The notes under the pieces were generated by a model. That model did not search any database. It had not been told where the DNA came from and saw only the letters and a program-made list of their open reading frames with translations. The translations under genes and the position numbers were made by a program. Positions 25,648-37,473 of a DNA stretch of 64,000 bases are shown here, piece after piece. The stretch is from Selaginella moellendorffii. Taxonomy: Eukaryota > Plantae > Lycopodiophyta. Each line of letters begins with the position of its first letter. The first letter of the stretch is position 1. The stretch is from contig NW_003314274.1 in the NCBI RefSeq assembly GCF_000143415.4, positions 1,127,788 to 1,191,787 of the forward strand, written 5' to 3'.

Positions 25648-28600
25648 TTAATGAATCTCACCTTGAACCCGGGTTATGAATGCTCTTGCTGCATCTCTTG
25701 CATGGTCTGGCAAGGTGATGGTGGCACTCTTCTTCCGCATCCAACCATGCACAACATTATCCACCGATATGCTCATGCTGGGATCCCTTGGATTCAGCAC
25801 CCATCTCTTTTCTAGGCAATCCTTCGTATATCCGGAACTTGGCTTGAACCACTCCACAGTTACATTGAAGGAGTTAGTTTCCGCGTCCTCCTCTGCATCA
25901 GTGATGCAGCGCCCCACCCATATCATTTGTTTTTTATTACTGGGTCTGACAAGCACGACCATTCCTTTGCAGACTTGTACTGGATTGAATGCTGAATCCG
26001 GCTTCTTGTTCCTTGGCCCACAATAGTGATCCTCAACATCGTTATCTGTCACTGCATTTCCAGAGGACATTGTTCCGCTACTATCTGGTGCTCTGGGTTC
26101 TGGCCAAAAGGACTCTTCCAATTCTTCATATACAACTGGCCCATTTTGGATAGCAGATATAATCTTCTCCCAGTATTCGAGCAAAGGCTTGCACCTCTTA
26201 AAATAGGATTCTCCACCAAACACCAACCCCCTCTTCCAGAAGGCAATATGCTGTCTAATCCCGGCCACTATACTTTCCTGGTCTTTGAGTCCATCCGGGT
26301 GCATCGGCCGTGGGGAACCCTGAGGAATCATAGGTTCCCCAGTTATGGGATCTCTCTTGAAGAGTTCAATGCCGTCCACTGGCAGCCACACTGTGTCCCA
26401 TTCTCTCATCTTGTACCTCATCACTGGAGCACCGTCACGCATGCTGAAATGAAACTGAAGAGGCTTGGAGTGGCCAATCAACGTTTCGGATCCGTCCCTG
26501 ATGTAGCCTCTTACAAACCCCTTAAAGTCTGGAACCTCTGTCACAAGTGCAGCTTCAACAGTGCCTTTGATGCAATTTTGGAATTCATCGTAGAGTTGTG
26601 GGAGGGTGAGGACATTGGATCGCCGGAGGGACTCTGCCAAGTGACTGAACATGGCATCGACGTCTTCATGAGTGTGCCCAACCATGAGAAAGCCAAGTGT
26701 AACCGTTTCAAATATGCCTTTGGCAACAAGCATCGCCAAGTACGCGAAGACGTATATGTTTTTGTTCTCACTGCCAGCATTGTCTGTTTGGAGCAGAAGA
26801 TGGGGTGGAAGGCCACATCGGCCGCAAGAACTTCCTTGAGATTCTGCTTCGTTTGGATGAGGCTGTGGGCATGGTGCCCAGAACTATGGGAACTTCTTTG
26901 TACCTCTATGGGGTGGCGGGGGTGCAAACATGATAATTGCGTCCCTAGCAAAACACTTAAGGTCTCTGCAAAGTGCGCAGACTGAGCTGAACGGCCAACC
27001 CTTGCATAAGGCCACATCGGCCGGGCGACCAGCCTCGTCGGAATGGCATGAGGCCTCACGTGATAACCCTACAATCTGACGGCCAACATATTCACTGGGA
27101 TGGCATGGGGCCCCACGCGATACTACAAGCCTTTGCTCCTCCTCCAGCTGAACCCTGTATGGGGTTCGATCGACAAGGGCCTTATGCAAGGGTTGGCCGT
27201 TTAGCTCAGTCTGCGCACTTTGCAGAGACCTTAAGTGTTTTGCTAGGGACGCAATTATCATGTTTGCACCCCCGCCACCCCATAGAGGTACAAAGAAGTT
27301 CCCATAGTTCTGGGCACCATGCCCCATGAGCGATTATGCCAAACAGAGACACAGGCAGCTGCATGGATGAAGAGATTGCCTTGGGGGCAGGATTGAGTCG
27401 AGGTAAGCACGTCTTTTTCTGGTCCATTTTGTCGTGGATGATGCAGAGGTAAGAGTCAGGTCTCTCCATGGAGAGAATCCTGTTATGATAATATGCAGTC
27501 CTGCAGCTTCTCTGCTCGATGTTGTGGTCGAGCCGCCTTCTAACCAACGTCTCTCGCTCTTGAGCGCTGCAAGAATTCTTCGACAAAGCCATTTTGATAG
27601 CAGTGCACTCGTCACACTTTGAAAAGCTGGAGTACTTTCCTATACTCACATCCCTGAACCTGTTGCTCCACAATCTACTAAATCTAGATTGGCTCAGCTT
27701 CCTATAGCCATTACTCTGGAGTTCCCGATTCACATCTTCCAATATGGCCCCTTTGGTATACATGGAAGGGAGAACTCGTTGGGTGTCTCGTGTTCCATCT
27801 TCCAAGATGCGGGTTTTATGTGGTTGCTGCTCGCTACATGTCTTGGCAAACCTCTTGAAGATTGCCTCTCCATATACAACATGACCCCTGGTTTTGTGCG
27901 TACCGTCGTTCCCATGGACTGCCTATTGAACCCTTTGTTCCTCGAACTCAGTTTTGATTCTGTAGAATGTGGTTCGAGGGACTCCATAAATGATTCTCCA
28001 TGCCTTCATGCAGACCAAACCCCTCTGGAAGACCATGCCCCCCACCTGATGTTCTAAAGCATCAACAGATGACCGTAATGCTTCATACACAAAATTGTGA
28101 GCTGCCTTCCAGGACAATGTCTTGTATTTTGCTCTCTCCTCTTCAATAGCATCCCAATCAGCATGTTGACAGCACCTCCTCTTGCAACAAGCAACTGTCG
28201 AGACCATTCGAACCTCTATCGCCATTTTCTGCCTTTTCAGTTCGTTGCTCAGATCCCTTTGGCTGCGCTGTAGGAAGGTGTACTTTCTTTTCCCATGAAG
28301 AGATGTTCTGTCATCAGTTGTAGTGGTGTTTGATTGTGAATCCTTCACATTCTCAAACACTAAATGCCTCAATTTCCACCGCACAATGCTTCCAATAGTC
28401 AGACTGTTTTCTTCTGTGTCAACAACCTCTAAAATCGCAACTCCAATATCATCCCAGCCCAATTCTTGATTAGCAACCGCATCTCTTGGATCGACAACTG
28501 TGGCTAAGCCCTCAGCTACCACCTCCCCCTCGGGGTTGTTTAGAAACACCTTTGCCTGAATCCATGTAGCACGGTTCTTAAGATCCACGGAGGGAACATG

Positions 28601-28864
28601 CGTCGCACTTGCGCTGTCCCCAACATCTACTTTCTTCTGAAGATTTTTCAAGGCAACAACAACATTTACCCCGACGACCATCTCTCCTCGTTCAATAGCG
28701 ACCACATTCCCATCGAAGACAGTCTCTACTGATACAGCAGCATTGCCTTCCCCAAGCCTTTGACAGTGTATAACAAAGTTCCGATCCATAGACACAAAGG
28801 TCCCTTTTGCAACTATCTTCCCACCATTCAAAATGTAAACCTTTTCCCCAACCCTGAAGGCCAT
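25648..28864 (-). pseudogene. Disrupted Sola1-like DDE transposase with two N-terminal Tnp1/En-Spm-like domains
   Basis: ORFs 27923-28864, 27206-27805, 26884-27327 and 25648-26739 join into one protein: CCKRRCC...VCMKAW...HGN...KCDEC...HDKMDQKK...GAN...LPPHLLLQTDNAGSENKN...FLMVGHTHEDVDAMFS. Lesions: in-frame TAG at 27923-27925, an extra G near 27325, and an inverted duplication at 26867-27013 containing a stop. Confidence 0.85.
26867..27324. repeat. 147-bp inverted repeat (26867-27013 / 27178-27324) with a 164-bp spacer, inside the transposase
   Basis: The arms are reverse complements; I found one mismatch. Confidence 0.95.
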
Positions 28865-29228
28865 TCTGAAAGTGTAGAAAAGAAGTTAAGACCATACAAA
28901 AAATGATTGGAGAATGGCCTAAATCATAACATACCAAACAACCTCAATAGCATGAGGCCACATGCCATTATTCAAACATGCTATTGACACCCACGTGAAA
29001 TTTCGCATTCACAAAATTGGCATGAGGCCTCATGCCATTAGTGGTACCACTAATGGCATGACAAGTAAAAACATACATGACAATACGCTAGCCATGAAAT
29101 TGCAAGGGCCCAAGATGGCATGTGGCCTCATGCCATTTCTAAATGTGGTCCTAAACCATTCCATGGTGAACATACCAGGAAGCACAAGTGCCGAATATCA
29201 AGAGGAAGCGGTAGCCACACCAAAGACA

Positions 29229-29360
29229 GTGCCGCTCGCAACACCGCAACTACTCGTAGCGCCGCTCGCAACACCGCAACTGCTCGTAGCGCCGCTCGCA
29301 CAAACTGCCACTCGCATAAACTGCCGCTCGCAATGGCGCTCGCAATGCCGCAACCGCTTG
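29229..29360. repeat. GC-rich 30-bp tandem repeat (GCCGCTCGCAACACCGCAACTRCTCGTAGC) upstream of the transposase
   Basis: Two to three full units plus degenerate GCCGCTCGCA copies. Confidence 0.85.
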
Positions 29361-30159
29361 TAGACGCATAAACCACAGCTCACAACGCCGCTTACACAAG
29401 CAGCGCTCACTGCGCTCAGCGGAACCAAGAACACGGCGCACAAAAATGATAGACCTAGGAATGAGTTCGAGAATTCAAAAATAACACACGCTTGAACGTC
29501 ACATCAAATCCTCTGACAAACCAGATCTTATGATTCCTCTGACAAATTTCAAACTGAGTAGCTTCTAGACTTTGCTGTCGGAGGTTGAACTTTGTCACAT
29601 CATGTCCTTGCCTCGATCCAGCTGTGCCATGTCAGTGATTCGAACTTTGCCATGCCATGTCAGCGATCCGCGCCAAGATTATTCGCCGTGTAAAGGAATA
29701 ATTATGCTGTGTGTGTACGTCCATTTATGGCAATATAAGGCCACACGCCATTCAAAGAATAATGCTAGTCGAGCATTTTTTGGTGCATTTTTGGGTTCCA
29801 AATTGCATGAGCCCACACGCTATAAAGTTTACCTGTACCAAAAATAGAAACAACTTTATTTACTTGGGAATTTAAGTGGTTGAGGCATTTTTAAACTTAC
29901 AAACACATGCCCTACTTACATTCATTTGGTTGCTTAAAATTCAAAAATATTATAAACCTTTCTTTTTGCATTTTCAATGTTTTCAATTATGGTTTTTGAT
30001 TTTTGCAGGACCAGCCTAGTAATCTATTTGCATCCCGTCATGTTTATAGCTAGCTTTCGTTTGTCCCCTTCGCTGGCCTGAGATACATCTGCTCGGAATC
30101 TGCCTCTTACAGCATTTGCCCAGAAAGGGCATCTTTCTTCACGCAGCATTTGCCACATG

Positions 30160-30191
30160 TTTAGGGTTAGGGTTTAGGGTTTAGGGTTTAG
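30160..30191 (+). repeat. Interstitial plant telomeric repeat (TTTAGGG)~4.5
   Basis: tttaggg ttaggg tttaggg tttaggg tttag. Confidence 0.9.
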
Positions 30192-31092
30192 CAATTCAGT
30201 AGCTTGATAAACAAGCAAATACAGAACTTGATGCAAAATCCTTTGATATGTCACAATGCCACTAGGACCATAAACACATTTCAATAGAGAGGGTCCTTTC
30301 ATTTCATAACTCCTTACGTAGATCTTGGTGAAACTAGAGTTAGTGAAGTTGGTTTCTTGTGATCCCGCATCTGATTGTGATGTCCCTTTGCAGTGTCGAT
30401 GGAAAGGTCAATGCACACCAAACTGTAGAATCTTGGAGCAAAATAACGGTCGGATCTATGGCAAATGCCCCTGAAACATTGTAAGGCTCGTGTGGTCTCA
30501 TGTGGTGTCCGATTGAGATGTTTCTTTGTAGGGTCATCAAGAAGGACATTGTATACCATTCTATAAAATCTAGTTGCGATCTAACGGTTGGATCTCCAGG
30601 AAACTCAAAACAATCTCGCGCGTGTCAGAATATTCTAGGAATATACTCCTATGTGCTCCTGAAAATGGCATGCGGCCCCACGCCATTCAAGAGATAACGC
30701 CAGATGACGCCGAGCATTTTTTGGTGCATTTTTTGGGATCAAAATTGCATGAGCCCACATGCTTGAACGTCACATCAAATCCTCTGACAATTTATTTAGT
30801 TGAACATCTGGCATTTTTGGAAATACAAGATGCTTTGGAATATCCAATCATGCATGGTATAAATATAGCGAGGGTATTAAATGATATCCCAATCATGATC
30901 TTTCTTTTGGATTTCGCGTGCATGCAGTCCGAGGAATGATGACGTTGCGGATTTCTTTTGGATTTCACGCATGCGCACGCCGATCCAGAAATTAATGGTG
31001 GCGCCCAAGTCCGAGAAATGATGACGTGGCGGGATTACCAACCGTCGTGACATTTCGCGCGTGTGAGGTTAGGTTTTGCATTTTGCTTCGTA

Positions 31093-31240
31093 CTCGCGCT
31101 CGCACACTCGCGCTCGCATCGCGCTCCCACTCGTGCTCCCACTTCTCTACAGGTTTCTCGTGTGCATCGGCGTCCACTCGCGCTTGCATCACACTCGCGC
31201 TCGCATCGCGCTCGTGTTCATCGGCGTCCACTTCAAGACA
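31093..31240. repeat. CpG-rich degenerate repeats (ACTCGCGCTCGCATCGCGCTC) upstream of the cargo gene
   Basis: Repeated CTCGCGCTCGCA and CATCGGCGTCCACT units. Confidence 0.75.
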
Positions 31241-31433
31241 CACCCAGTTTGTAACTTCGCCGCCAACTCCGCCGCCCACTCCGCCACCCACACGCAGCCC
31301 ACTTGGCGTCCCGGGAGATTTCAGCACCACTCTCCAACTGTAAGTGGCAGAGTAGCCTTGCTGCTACGATCCGCTGCACACACAGTGCACATTTGCCAGC
31401 GAGTCCGGTTGTCACGCCTCCATTCGGCTTCAA

Positions 31434-34400
31434 ATGGTAAGTTTTTTAGGCCAAGTAGAAAATGGCATGAGGCCACATGCCATTCAGTAGCAACATTGGC
31501 ATGCACCGATTGGGCTCTCGAGTGCAGTCCGGTTACAGATGGCATGTAGCCTCACGCCATCTTAGGATGCAGCCTCAAGACATCTGATGCAGTGGTGAAT
31601 GGCGTGTGGCCTCATGTTATTTCCAGCTACTAGCTTTTCATCTGTCAGCTCTAATTGTTGTGCATTTCTGAACAGGCGAGGAATTGCGTTCTTCTTCCAG
31701 CCACTGTCAATGTGGATGCAGAGAAGGGGGAGGAGCTCACCAGTTGGACTTTCGGGATGGAAGGCGAGGATCTGAGGCTGTACAACACAGATGGTGGGAG
31801 AAAAGAATGCATGGGGATCCTCATCCAAGTGACAGACACTCCATGCAGTTCCATGCAAGAATATGGACTGGCACTTGTGGTAGAGACAGCGTCTGCCTTC
31901 AAGATCCACCTTGCACATCCTAGCGGCTTCCCGGAGGGGGGCAGCGGCTATGAGGAATTCCTAGAGGGAGCTAGGGAGAGGTTTTCCAGGAGGCCCACAA
32001 TTTCAAAGACGCTGCGGGTCTATGAAGATCACATGGAATCCACGGACCTCACCTACGGCGATGTTCAAAAACTATATTCCAACATTGAGCCGTTGAGAGT
32101 GACTCCAGTTCGCAAAGCAAAGGGGAAGGGGGTCGATCTGGAAACTACCTCGAAGCAGAAAAGGGTGATCAAGCTCAAGCCGACGTCCGACTCTCCTGCT
32201 CCAAAAAAGAAGCTACTCAGTGATGCCATTGCCTCGGGTTCGAACACTACACCCACCAAAAAGAAGAGCCGCAAAGAGCAGAAAGAGCAAGAAGAGGCAG
32301 CAAAAATCGTCGCAGATAATAGTACTTGTTACTATTCCAACAAAGTATATACAATCGACGTGAGCCGTATCGACATCCAAAGCAAATACAACCACAGGCT
32401 AGTATCTGATGAGTGGGTGGAGAAATTGAAGCAGAAGATGCTGGCAAGTCCAGTAACACCCGACATCGCAGACGTGATCCCCTACTACCAAAAAATGAAG
32501 GGCGAGATGAGGTTTCCAGACTTGATCAATAGGAAGGTGTTGGACGATCAGAACATCCGGTTCTATGCCGTCTCCGGGCAGCATTCTAGCTTGGCGATGC
32601 AAGAGATAGTTGTGGATATTATGGTGGGCGAGGAGGTGAAGAAAGTCTTCAGGACAAGAGTTGTCCGCCTGATAAAAGGCAACTCGCCCCTCCGATCTAT
32701 CATATACATCTCCCACGCGCAGAATGTCAAGCAAGAAACGTGCTACAAATCGGGTCTGCACGAGACATTGGCACGAACACGGAAGCTCTGGGTTCAACTG
32801 AAGAAGCCACAAAAACCAGGACAAGGACGTGCACTAGCAACTAGCGCCTGGCAGGTAAGCCTCGTTGTATGTGGCATAGCATGTGGCCTCACGCCATTTC
32901 CATTGCAGGAATTCTCGAGTCTTCTCTCGAAAACACTGGGGGTCAATGACACACTCAGCATCCATAACATTCTACTCGCGACAAAAGTTGTTTTTGACAA
33001 ATGGGTAGATGTCCTGAGGAGGTACCATGACGGGGAGTTGCCAAACTCAATGGGTGTGGAGGACGGCCGGAAGCCCAATGATTTGAAGCTCAACGCATTG
33101 CGTTTCTCGCGGTCTCTAGACGACGACGACCTTCTGACAGTGGCTAATGCTCTTCTACGTGGTGAGGTAGTCTTCAACAAGACCAAAATGACTCCCGGCC
33201 ATATTGTGACATACGAGGACTTGTGCACGACTCTGAGAGCTCGTGCGCTATTGAAGGATTGGATCTTCGAGCAAGTGGCCGTGGAGAGGGTGAGCATCGA
33301 CACCACGCAAGAGATGATGGAAGCGCTGGAGTTGTCAAATGAAGACATCGACGAGTACGTGAAGGGGGCCCCCAAGTTCATCGATCTGCTGCGGGATGCC
33401 ACGAAAAGTAAAGCTGAGAAGTTGGATCAGTATCCAAATTTCATTAAGATTGATGTCGACCGCCGGCTTCAGAAACAGCTCGACCCCGCAGCAGAGGCCT
33501 ATCGAGAACCTTACCGGGTATACTTGAATTCGGATGAGGATCAAAGGTGGAGGAGCATCGTTTCCCGCGGAGATGAGCAGGTCAAGAACATCTTTTGTGT
33601 GATGGACTTCACAAACGAGGAGATCACTCATGCAGATGAAGTCAGCTCCATCATTGACTTAATGGTGGGACTTGCGGAGGTGAAATCTTCAGTCCACTAT
33701 ATGATCTACGACTCCGAATCCTATCACAAGTTCTGGAAGGCCTTGAACGAGGTGAAGGTTCGGTTGAAAGGCAAGGAGATGCGGGAGATCCATGGGATAA
33801 TGGCTAAGAAGAAGATACCGACGAATGTCCGCATCTTCACACTCGCCCTTGTTATTGGTCCTGCAGCAGAGTGGGACTGGAGTGACTTCCCAGCTTCGTT
33901 CGACAAGGCCAATCGAATTGATCTGAGGGAGGTCAATTTACCCGTGCCTGAGGAACTGAAGACGGCTATGGAGCTTTCGAATCCAAAGAAAGCTCCAGGT
34001 GCAGCATGGGAAATGCTCAGCTGGATCTTCAACGCAATAGCGGGTGGGTCACCTGCTTCCGACTCCAAGGGCAAATGCGTTGTCGAGTACAACTGCGGCG
34101 GACTATTCTTTCGAGCCGCACTACTCAAGGGTGTCCCGTGTGTTGCGGTGACAAACTCCATTGAAGAGGTGACTTCAATGGAGCATATAATTACAGTTGC
34201 CAAAGAAAAACAGTATCTTCTCTGCGAACCTGGTGAGTACGCACTTTAAGTTTAAATGTTATCTCACAAGCTCTGTATGCAGGAGCGTGGCCACCCCCAG
34301 ATGCTGAAACGGCGTTAACAGCTACTGTTGAAGATACCCATGTTGGGCCGAGCTCACAACCTGCACAAGGTAAGGTCACGTGAGGCCTCACGCCATTTTG

Positions 34401-37055
34401 ATTATAAATCGTTGTGAATATTTAGACACGAGGACTGAAAAGCGCACTGGTGGCGCATCGAAGAAGGACAAACAGACAAGCAATAGGAAAAAAGGAGGTA
34501 CAAATTATATTTGCAATGGCGTGTGGTCTCATGCCATTCCTTGCAGGAGAAACTTCTTCAAAGGCAAAACAGGCAAGCACCAGCCAAGCTCAAACTGACA
34601 GTGGTCATAAAAAGCGAAAGCACGTTGGACAGTCGTCGAGATCAGAGGCGTTTGATTCGAAAAGGAAGAAGGGCAACGAAAAGATGATAGGTAATGCCTC
34701 GCGGTTATGGCGTGTGTGCTCATGCCATTCATTGCAGATCAAGGGCTGAGTGAAAGCAGGCAGTCACCACCTCATGACTCAGATTCCTATGGCGGACTCC
34801 CCTTCCCCAATCTCAATGGAGAGGTACAATGGATGAGGGAAGCTTTTCAAGTCAGGGCCACGTTTTTCTCATCTCGTCGTCTTCGAAGGGTGCAAGAACG
34901 TGCAGAAACCATGTTAAGACAGTCGGGTGAGGATACGGTCCTAGGTCACGCACTAAAACAGGCTATGGATGTCTTGTATTTTGAGATGGAGACTCGGCCA
35001 GATGATTTTCCCAAGATGGTCCTAGAAGAACAAGCCATCCAGCCTGAGCAGCCTATGGAAGAAATGCAGGAGGGGGATGAGGAGCCAGAGAAAGATAATG
35101 AGCAGGAAGAGCAGAAGGACGAAGAGGAGGACAAAGAAGAGGAGGACGAAGAAGAGGAGGACGAAGAGGACTTGGATGGTCCTCACAATGGTGACGATCA
35201 CAATAACGACGACGACGATGATGATGACGATGGCCAGCTTGAGGTGGCCAAAGAGCAGCGGAGGAAGGTCATACAAGACAAACCATCAGGTAAATAATAG
35301 TACATCCATTCCTAACCTTTTACCATTTCTAACATTGTCCATGTAGGTCGCAGAGCAAATGGTAAGTAGAGATTATTCAGTTGAATTTACAAACTCTAGC
35401 CTTTAGTGTCGAGGAAGGATAGTGCCAAGCAAGGGTCGAAACGTATGTCCAATCCTCAGAATCAACAGTGCGCCCAAGTGATATCGGTCCTAGTTCCTCA
35501 ATAGCAGTTGATGGTAAATACAGTATAGTCGATTCAATGTGCTAATGAGTTTGTTTTTAGTAGCACGGGAGGATACCATCTCAATCGAAGGGAGATATTT
35601 GGACATGCATATGGATCCGCCAGTGGACTCTACTTGGCTGCAAGAGTCATCAGAGCTGGTGGAGGCTACTATCCATATCAACGCCAAGCAAGCTGACCAC
35701 GCTCCACTTGATGCTGCCCATACCACTGAGTCAATCTTGTCCACGTATCCAACTGACGGTGACCAGGCGCCATTGGACCCACATGAGGCCGCCCCAGCCG
35801 CCGAGCCGGTCGTATCCTCATTTCCAACAGACTCAACGTGTGCCCAATCGTCTGACTACGCGCCGTTGGAACCTCCCTACACCGCCCCTGCTGCCTGTTC
35901 GGTCATGTCCACTTTGCCAACGGAGGCACCAGCTGAAATGGCGTGTGATCACACGCCATCGGAACCACCCCATGCCACTGTTGAGCCAGTTGTACCAGAG
36001 TCTACAGCTGAAATGGCATGTGCCCACACGCCATCGGATGCGATTGACCCCACATTGCAGAGGAGAGTATTTCCGCCCTTCACGTTTCCTCGACCAAAAC
36101 CCTCTCAACGACCATCGGGAGCAACATTCGCTAATATTGTAGATGGTAAAATTGACTTGTACCATTTTTTATGCTGACGCATTTCATTTCAGAGTCACGG
36201 CGAAGGTACTGTATTGTTTTTGATCTGAACGGTGTCCTTTTCTCCCATGAGCGTGGCTCGTCCTCGAATGTCATTGCACCCTCCAAAGCCTGCGGTCGCA
36301 AGTTGGTCAAAAGAGACAGATTCACATTAATCACACGGGAGAAACTGCGGGATCTAATAATGACCATGCGACACTTAAAACAGAGGGCCGGGTTCAATTT
36401 GCAATTGGGAGTTTGGACATCCATGATGCGCCACAATGCATTAACGTTGCTACAGATGATGCACGATCAGACGCGAGTAATATTACCATTTGACTTTCTC
36501 CTAACGCAGGAGGATTGCTTGACTATGGTCCATGTGAGGGGTAGCAAGCCCATCTTCGTCAAGCCAGAGGCTGTAGTGATGAACCGGACTGCTAGCTCAA
36601 GTGAAATCCTCATCATCGATGACTCGCCGATTAAAACTGCAGCGAACACGCACACATATGCAGTGCACCCCATCTCTTGCAGTATGGAAACTAGGGAGAA
36701 GAAACCGTATGTTCTGGGGGACCTTGCAAAACGGCTTGGAGCGATGGTGATAGAGAACCGGCCGGTCTAGGAGGTGGCTGCAGAAATCAACCAAATGGCA
36801 GATGGAACGGTATATCAGAAGCCATTTGATCGGACAGACACCAGTCATCATTTATGGCATGTATATTGTCTAGCCAAGCACTATCCGCATCTCCATAATC
36901 TGCTCAACCGGATGGGTTCTTCGACCACTGAACATGAGCGTGGACGTATTAGAGAAGAGATGGCATTACTATTGGGTTTAAATCCTGATAGTGTGAAGAG
37001 TGATGAAATTCTAAGATTATTGTATAGGCGTTGGAGGCAAAAAATAACAGTCTGA
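31434..37055 (+). CDS. Transposon cargo protein: ParB-like + degenerate N4/N6 DNA methyltransferase-like + acidic/low-complexity linker + FCP1/NIF-like HAD domain; one premature stop
   Basis: ATG|gtaag at 31434-31436, intron to 31675, then the long ORF. Introns at 32855-32908, 34233-34282, 34370-34425, 34498-34546, 34691-34737, 35290-35346, 35362-35406, ~35513-35560 and ~36146-36192, mostly phase 1; one more very short intron or indel is needed near 35445-35470. Motifs: FYAVSGQHS (~32570), GKCVVEYNCGGLFFRAALLKGVPCVAV (~34070-34150), IVFDLNGVL...VWTSMM...IIDDSPIK (36210-36640). In-frame TAG at 36768-36770, then the frame continues to 37055. Confidence 0.75.
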
Positions 37056-37473
37056 GATGGCATGTATTTATTTAAAAATGTAACTTATTATGGCATGGGG
37101 TTCCATGCCATTGTATTAATATTAAAAGACAATTCTTTGAGAGGATTTGCATTATACTAGAAGTGTTACAGCATGTTATTGGAAGTCTACGAAGTTGTTT
37201 TATTAATAATGGGAAAGTAAAGATTGAATGGGGACTTGGGCTCCACCTAGACTCGGAGCAACTGAGCCAATATTAAAAGGATGGAAAGAAATTGGACGAC
37301 GATGACAAGGAGAAGAGAGAGGTGAAGCAGTGGCAGGGGGAGGAGAAGTGATTGAGTAGACATTTCCTTGTTTAAAATAAAATGGCATGTGCCTCAATGC
37401 AGTTGAATTTTGTTATATTTATATACTATATAAAGGTTTGGAAACCTTATTTTACAAGTGGGATAATGACAAT

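Larger units (their letters stand above)
25185..37403. repeat. Dispersed 22-bp palindrome ATGGCRTG-N6-CAYGCCAT, at least 20 copies, all noticed inside the transposon
   Basis: Copies start at 25185, 25501, 25554, 27043, 27100, 28947, 29017, 29115, 29730, 29802, 30665, 30744, 31462, 31539, 31599, 32876, 34375, 34516, 34707, 35938, 36013, 37090 and 37382; some are degenerate or half-sites. Confidence 0.9.

Noticed and set aside
26026-26985. 319-aa + strand ORF
   Set aside because: Antisense to the transposase; its tail is just the inverted-duplication arm.
28962-29443. Overlapping repetitive ORFs (APLATPQLLV and similar)
   Set aside because: Products of a GC-rich 30-bp tandem repeat that is open in several frames; more likely promoter or 5' UTR.
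25185-37403. CRISPR-like reading of the 22-bp palindromes
   Set aside because: Irregular spacing from tens to thousands of bp, eukaryotic intron context and no cas genes.
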